Position numbers and translations under genes: made by a program. 64,000 bases of DNA from an uncultured Nitrososphaerales archaeon (lineage in GTDB: Archaea; Thermoproteota; Nitrososphaeria; Nitrososphaerales; Nitrososphaeraceae). The stretch lies in the NCBI GenBank assembly GCA_963841565.1, contig CAWJCY010000003.1, positions 64,001 through 128,000 of the forward strand. Reading direction: 5' to 3'. Below the pieces are notes generated by a model. It had not been told where the DNA came from. It did no database searches and saw only the letters and a program-made list of their open reading frames with translations. Shown one piece after another: positions 58,434 through 64,000 of the stretch (positions are counted from its first letter, which is position 1; each line of letters starts with the position of its first letter).

Positions 58434-59777
58434 TTGAAAGTAGCATTGACAGTCGCAGGTAGCGACTCAGGAGGAGGAGCTGGAATACAGTCTGATATCA
58501 AGACTTTTTCTGCACTTGGCATCTTTGGTTGCTCAGTGGTTACAGCAATAACATCACAAAATACTTTTGAATTGAGAAATATATTCCCCATTCCACCTAA
58601 AATAATTTCCAATCAGTTAAAATCAATATTGTCTGACTTCAAGCTGGCCGTCGCTAAAATCGGAATGGTATATAATGCCGAGATAATGGAAGTGGTACAC
58701 AAAAAACTCAAGAATGCCAAATTTCCAATAGTTGTAGATCCGATCCTCTCTACTGGAACAGGATATAGTTTAATTTTCAAAAATGACCTTGAATATTTTA
58801 AGGATTCTATTATTCCTATGTCGTATCTGATTACCCCTAATTTGCCTGAGGCGGAAGCTATTACTGGGACAAAAATTAGAACTACCAAGACATTAATCGA
58901 TGCAGCCAATATACTTTTGGACATGGGGGCAACTAACGTGGTGATAAAAGGCGGACATTCTAAAATAACTAAGAGTATTACAGATTTCCTTCTTACCCAA
59001 GATAGAGAAGTGGTTAAATTAAGAAAGGAACGAATAGAAATCAATCCATTACATGGCTTGGGGTGCAACTTCTCAGCTGCCGTCACTGCCGAACTGGCAA
59101 GGCAAACTCCGTTAAAACACGCTTGTCACCGAGCGAGTGAATTTATTTTATCAGGCATGACCAATTCTATACAAGTAGGAAAAGGGTCTTCGGTAGTTGA
59201 TCCCTTTCTATTTCTCTATTCAAATTCAGATAAATTCCTCGTAATTAAAGACTTGGATACAGCCGTGACTAATATTGAATCAATTGAAAATTTCGGTTCC
59301 ATAATACCGGAAACTTCGTCCAACCTAGTATATGCAATCTCTCACCCGGCAGATCTATCAGACGTCGCTGCAGTAGAAGGAAGGATTGCAAGAGTAGGCA
59401 ACCGAGCGAAGGCCGTGGGACGAATTCAATTTGGAGCATCAAAGCACGTGGGGTCAGCAGTCTTAAGTTATATGAAAGTACACCCTCACATACGATCTGC
59501 CATCAATTTACGATATGATGAGAAGATCCTTGCGATTTGCAAAAAAAATTTTAAGGTAGCATTGTATGATAGGCATGTCGAACCAAGGGACAGGAAAGTT
59601 ACGGAAGGAAAGTCGATCCCCTGGGGAATTGAAACTGCATTGCGAATAAATCCTAATGCAGATGTTATCTATCATTTGGGCGACATTGGAAAAGAGGCCA
59701 TGATTCTAGTATTTGATACAAATCCGTCTCGCTTGGTAGGAAAGGTTAACAATATCCTTATCGAGTTCCTCAAATAA
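58434..59777 (+). CDS. thiD: Bifunctional HMP/HMP-P kinase-thiamine-phosphate synthase ThiDN
   Basis: [34 protein letters not shown]; C-terminal ThiN domain (IPETSSN, FGASKH, GDIGKE). Confidence 0.93.
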   Translation: MKVALTVAGSDSGGGAGIQSDIKTFSALGIFGCSVVTAITSQNTFELRNIFPIPPKIISNQLKSILSDFKLAVAKIGMVYNAEIMEVVHKKLKNAKFPIVVDPILSTGTGYSLIFKNDLEYFKDSIIPMSYLITPNLPEAEAITGTKIRTTKTLIDAANILLDMGATNVVIKGGHSKITKSITDFLLTQDREVVKLRKERIEINPLHGLGCNFSAAVTAELARQTPLKHACHRASEFILSGMTNSIQVGKGSSVVDPFLFLYSNSDKFLVIKDLDTAVTNIESIENFGSIIPETSSNLVYAISHPADLSDVAAVEGRIARVGNRAKAVGRIQFGASKHVGSAVLSYMKVHPHIRSAINLRYDEKILAICKKNFKVALYDRHVEPRDRKVTEGKSIPWGIETALRINPNADVIYHLGDIGKEAMILVFDTNPSRLVGKVNNILIEFLK

Positions 59778-59833
59778 TCTGATTACACGTGAATTATTTT
59801 TTGGATACTGATTGTTAAGTATATACGTGACTT

Positions 59834-60569
59834 GTGGGGTCAAAAGATGCTGTGAAGGCCGTTATATTGGCAGGCGGGCTTGGTACCCGACTGCAACCAT
59901 ACACCTTTTTCATTCCAAAACCTATGCTGCCTTTGGGCAATAAACCACTTCTTGAGCATATCATCTCTTGGCTGACAAACGGAAGCTCCAATAAGATTGA
60001 TCACGTTGTGATATGTGTAAGCTACCTTCATAGAACGATAGAAGATTACTTTGAGGATGGTCGAAGATTTGGAGTGAAGATAGATTATGCTAGATCAGAT
60101 AGACCTTTAGCAACGGCTGGCCAACTAAAGACTGCCGAACAATTCCTTGCAGATGAGACGTTTGTTTGCCTCTACGGCGACTCCATTTATGAATTTGATA
60201 TTTACAGAATGATTCGCGAACACAGGAAGTCGAAGGCGTTTTTGTCAATGGCTCTGCTTCGTTACAGGACTAACTTAAAGTACGGAGTAATAGAAGTAGT
60301 AGGCAAATCCAATCGAGTATCTTCATGGAACGAAAAACCTGAAATTACTGGTCTAATAAACATCGGTTGTTACGTCATTGAACCAGAATTTTTTAAGCTG
60401 GTACCCAAATCTAGTGCATACGGGATGGATGAAGCAGTGAAAAAGGCTCTGCAAGATAAAAAAATAGTGCGAGGATTCACGATAGATTCCGGTTTTGTAG
60501 ACATAGGGGATAAGAAGACTTATCTAGACGAGTACAAAAAAATTCGTTAAGAAGCTAGGAAAAATATGA
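59834..60569 (+). CDS. Sugar-phosphate nucleotidyltransferase family (extra A in homopolymer near 60540)
   Basis: AVILAGGLGTRLQP.T...PKPM, TAGQLK, YGD, EKP, DIG; removing one A gives C-terminus EYKKFVKKLGKI ending at 60569. Confidence 0.88.
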
Positions 60570-61002
60570 GTAGTTAAATTAGTATTCTACAATATTAGAA
60601 TAAGTTTGTTTCAAAATAATATCAGGTCATGTGATTAAGTCTAAGCATACACATTCTGTCAGCCATGAACTACCTCACTCCTCTCGCACGCATAGCCTTA
60701 ATGATGTAACCGAGTGAATTAAGTTATGTACTTTACAGTTTTTCTGAGTATCTTATCTGTAAGATATTTGAGGGTATTTGAAAGGGAGTGAATCTTGACC
60801 TCCATTTCAAAGGAGTAAATAGGTGTTGGCTCAGGGCGAAGGTAAATAGCGGCCTACATTATAGTCAAGCCTCTAACTAATACCCCACTCGATAACCTTT
60901 ACTGCATTATTCTCACTGAATAAATAGCAATCTCGGGGAGTCGTATTATGACTGATCCGATGCTATGTTAATCTTAAAACAAAACTGGGGAGAAAAATAG
61001 GA

Positions 61003-61455
61003 TTATTGATCATAATCTCTCGCATGTCTAACCCTGCTTTGCGGAGCAAATCTGGCAATATAAGTCCCTATAGATAGCACACCTATTCCAGCTGCTACAA
61101 AAATTTTCGGTGCGTAATCCAACCCTGCTGTTCTGAATTGGATATTAATATCTTGTATCATTGTATCGGTAATCCACATTCCCACAATGAGTATCAACCC
61201 TGTCAAAATGAGAATCAGTCCTGCAAAGACATTTCTACTTCGAAAAGACAGGCCAAACACAACACCTGCTAAAATAAGACTTGGGGCCCCTGAAATTGAA
61301 ATGGTTTGTGCAAGTAGTGCTCCTGGATCAACATCAACATTCGGACCTTCCTCTTCTGGTCCTATCAAGAATGCATAAAATGATATCATCATCGATACAA
61401 AAAGTGAACCCATGGCTAGAGCCCCAATAGAAGTCCAACTTTCTAACTTCGCCAT
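61003..61455 (-). CDS. Four-TM hypothetical membrane protein
   Basis: Four hydrophobic segments; downstream of galT on the same strand. Confidence 0.75.
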   Translation of the reverse strand: MAKLESWTSIGALAMGSLFVSMMISFYAFLIGPEEEGPNVDVDPGALLAQTISISGAPSLILAGVVFGLSFRSRNVFAGLILILTGLILIVGMWITDTMIQDINIQFRTAGLDYAPKIFVAAGIGVLSIGTYIARFAPQSRVRHARDYDQ

Positions 61456-61478
61456 GTACTGACCAACAACTACAAGAG

Positions 61479-62504
61479 TCAGGTTATGCCCACAAGCTCT
61501 GCCAATTCTTTCCTGCAGGCAGCTCCAAGTATCTCTGCACCTTTTTCAGGTCCAACCCTATTCACATAGACACCGTATCCTCGCTCAAGACCGGACCAAG
61601 TATGCAGCTGGGGATACACCTCTATATGCCAGTGGATCTGTCTGCTATTTTTCTTTTCGGGCGAAAGATGAAACACTAAATTAAAGGGAACATTGTTAAG
61701 CGCTCTCGACAGTCCCCCCAATGTCGCCCTCAAGATCATTGCTAATCCGTTTATTTCCTTTTGGCTGATCTTAGAGAATGTCGTCATGTGCTTCTTTGGA
61801 TAAATCCAAAATTCATATGGGTAGCTTGAGGCCCAGGGACAGAATGCAAGATATGTATCAGTAGATAATATCTGTCTAGGCCCCTCTGATTCAACGCCCA
61901 GTGTTATACAGGCAGGACAATTTCCGTTTTCGTTCATGAATTTGTGAGCCGCCTCCGCTTCGATCTCAATAACTGGAGGTATAGTGGACAATGTTAGGAG
62001 ATTTAAATGTGGATGGGACGAAGCAGCCCCTGCTGCGGTCCCATCATTAACGTATATGGATACGTAAGTCACTCCCTTCTGGGTGTACAGCCATCTAACT
62101 CTGTCTTGAATGACGAGCAGGACATTAGTCCACTGCTCAATAGATATCGAAGACAAATTCGCGTTGTGATCGGGAGAGGCTACTACAATTTGATGATAGC
62201 CGTAAGCTGGTTCGCTATAGTGCGGCTTATCCGTGTAATCCACTGACTCCAAAGTTGTGACAGACGGATTGCTGCTTTGAAACACACGAACACACCATTC
62301 TTCAATGGGACTTTCCTCAGTATCAGATAACCTCTTAAGGATCCCGTCCTTTGCCACAAGAGCCAAGGTAGCGCGCTCTGTCATCAATTCATTGCCAGGA
62401 CAGAACGGACAACCAGAAGACAGATCTGCGTTAGCCGAGTTATTCATTTGATACGGAAGAATTACAAACTTTTCAAGAACATAGTCTTTTCTTAAATTAC
62501 CCAA
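61479..62504 (-). CDS. galT: Galactose-1-phosphate uridylyltransferase-like (GalT/HIT superfamily)
   Basis: CPFCPGNE, AYGYH, HPH motif, CPWAS..PYE.WI.PK.H, HWHIE..P, GLERG.GVYVN. Confidence 0.85.
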   Translation of the reverse strand: MGNLRKDYVLEKFVILPYQMNNSANADLSSGCPFCPGNELMTERATLALVAKDGILKRLSDTEESPIEEWCVRVFQSSNPSVTTLESVDYTDKPHYSEPAYGYHQIVVASPDHNANLSSISIEQWTNVLLVIQDRVRWLYTQKGVTYVSIYVNDGTAAGAASSHPHLNLLTLSTIPPVIEIEAEAAHKFMNENGNCPACITLGVESEGPRQILSTDTYLAFCPWASSYPYEFWIYPKKHMTTFSKISQKEINGLAMILRATLGGLSRALNNVPFNLVFHLSPEKKNSRQIHWHIEVYPQLHTWSGLERGYGVYVNRVGPEKGAEILGAACRKELAELVGIT

Positions 62505-62663
62505 TCACATCGCCCTGCCCCTTAAAACGAGGCTGATCTTTTAAATAAAGCTTCTGCAAGCCCAGGGATATCTGTGTAATCCAGTAACTCCTTGTCCGAC
62601 CAATATTCCGATGTACTCCCGTCCTAAACCGCCCAAACCTAAAAAATCAAGAAATTGAATTAA

Positions 62664-64000
62664 TTACTCAACTGATTTGCTTAGGAAGATCTTTATTTGC
62701 TGCCCTGAAAGATAAGCACTTATGAGTTTTTTTCCGCTCGCTGATCTCTTGTCGATCTTCACCCTCGCTTTCTTACCCACTTGGCTATTTAGAACAAAAT
62801 CATCTTCTACGTAGATGTCGATTGCTTTTCCGACGGCATTGTTACTTGTCAGAAAAGTGATTGCCGAACCAGCTTCCACAATATCAAATTCAATTTGCTT
62901 CCCAAGTGCTGGTGTTTTCGCCTCTACGTCGATACTCACTCCAAGAATATTCTCCAATTCGTTTATTGTCGATCCTCCTTTGCCAATCAATCGAGGAACT
63001 GCGTCCTTATCTACCCTGACTTCAATTTTTTTCTCCGATATGATCTTAACTTCTGCTCCCGGATCGAATCTCCTAATTGTGTCCTTAATCTGTGCCGCGG
63101 CCAGTTTTTTTATGGCATCATGATGAATCTCAGGTTTCTCCAAACTGCCAATATGAACTACTACATTTTCCTCACCGTACGTATAAATTTCATACTCTAC
63201 TTCTTTTGTTTCAAAATCCTTGATTTCAACAAGAGGTCTGGCGAGGTCAGGTTCCGACATCCCGGATGGGACCCTAACAGTGAGAGAGATGTCAAACACC
63301 TTATTTACTGATCCATTCTTGATAAAAATAATTGTATCTATAATATGAGGGATCATTCCAAGTTCAATTCTTCCTATGAAACGCTGAATTGCATCTAGCG
63401 AAGTGGAAGCATGAAGAACGCCTATCATTCCGACACCCGCAAGTCTCATGTCTGAAAATACTTCAAAATCTGCCTTCCTCCTGACTTCGTCGAACACCGT
63501 GTAATCTGGTCTTACCAGCAGCAGAATATCTACAGCGTTTTCAAAACTACCTTCTAAGGGGCCGTACTGCGTAATCTCTTTTTTAACCTGCAAGTCTCTA
63601 GGTGCTTCAAACGTTTTCACAATTTTACTTCTATCAACATAATATTCAGCCAAGCTGCTAGCAAAAGTGCTCTTGCCCGAACCTGGAGGTCCAGCAATGA
63701 CTATACCTTCGGCTGCCTGATCTAACCTCTGCTGTAACTTGTCCGAAAGCTGATAGTCTTGTATTCGAAGCTTCACAATAGGCTTCACGACAGTTATTTC
63801 CAGCCCATCAGAAAACGGTGGCCTCGTTACTGCAATTCTGTAGTTTCCGTACTGATATACCGTAGCTCCATCTAGGCTAACTTCAACCATTCCTATTTCT
63901 GGATTTCTGCATAGCTCCGAAATTTCTCTCACAATTGACATTAGTTTATTCCTCGTGGCCGGTTTGTCATCTAGGGTTTCAAGGTGAAAGTCCCCAGGGA
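62664..64000 (-). CDS. PINA-type PIN/ATPase/KH protein (5' part outside window)
   Basis: PPFSDGLEIT, Walker A GPPGSGKS, RPDYTVFDEVR, DMRLAGVGMIG, KH motif IGKGG. Confidence 0.92.
   Translation of the reverse strand, partial: PGDFHLETLDDKPATRNKLMSIVREISELCRNPEIGMVEVSLDGATVYQYGNYRIAVTRPPFSDGLEITVVKPIVKLRIQDYQLSDKLQQRLDQAAEGIVIAGPPGSGKSTFASSLAEYYVDRSKIVKTFEAPRDLQVKKEITQYGPLEGSFENAVDILLLVRPDYTVFDEVRRKADFEVFSDMRLAGVGMIGVLHASTSLDAIQRFIGRIELGMIPHIIDTIIFIKNGSVNKVFDISLTVRVPSGMSEPDLARPLVEIKDFETKEVEYEIYTYGEENVVVHIGSLEKPEIHHDAIKKLAAAQIKDTIRRFDPGAEVKIISEKKIEVRVDKDAVPRLIGKGGSTINELENILGVSIDVEAKTPALGKQIEFDIVEAGSAITFLTSNNAVGKAIDIYVEDDFVLNSQVGKKARVKIDKRSASGKKLISAYLSGQQIKIFLSKSVE

Noticed and set aside
812-63311. 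Numerous antisense or overlapping ORFs in the track (e.g. 22031-22486, 25026-25454, 34770-35285, 46809-47285, 58613-59086)
   Set aside because: Shadow ORFs opposite well-supported genes, with no recognisable motifs
1-64000. CRISPR arrays, transposases, integrases, prophage, rRNA
   Set aside because: None detected by inspection of the ORFs and intergenic regions

Overview
Gene-dense archaeal chromosome segment, very probably from an ammonia-oxidising Thaumarchaeon of the Nitrososphaerales type. This assignment rests on the thaumarchaeosortase with a Ser active-site motif, intron-containing tRNAs, GHMP-type shikimate kinase, F420 genes, aRF1, the proteasome beta subunit and the split methylmalonyl-CoA mutase cluster of the 3HP/4HB cycle. 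Content is mostly housekeeping: aro operon, ilvC/ilvD, mcm-meaB-mce, nadM-metG-ahcY, cysS, proS, sucCD, thi4/thiDN, trxB, serB-cofE-tusA-cysM, pyrDK, purD/purN, srp19-gar1, galT and a PINA ATPase, plus tRNA-Asp (D-loop intron) and tRNA-Lys (canonical intron). No transposase, integrase, CRISPR array or rRNA was seen. At least seven genes are broken by single-base indels, which points to assembly error. The most interesting items are an orphan MORC/Hsp90-like GHKL ATPase upstream of the proteasome beta gene, a possible TusA-to-CysM persulfide relay, a chorismate mutase-aminotransferase fusion that needs a non-canonical start, a TPR-winged-helix protein, a Trm112-methyltransferase fusion, and several CxxC zinc-finger microproteins missed by the ORF track. 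I cannot demonstrate a clearly novel multi-gene system from sequence alone.
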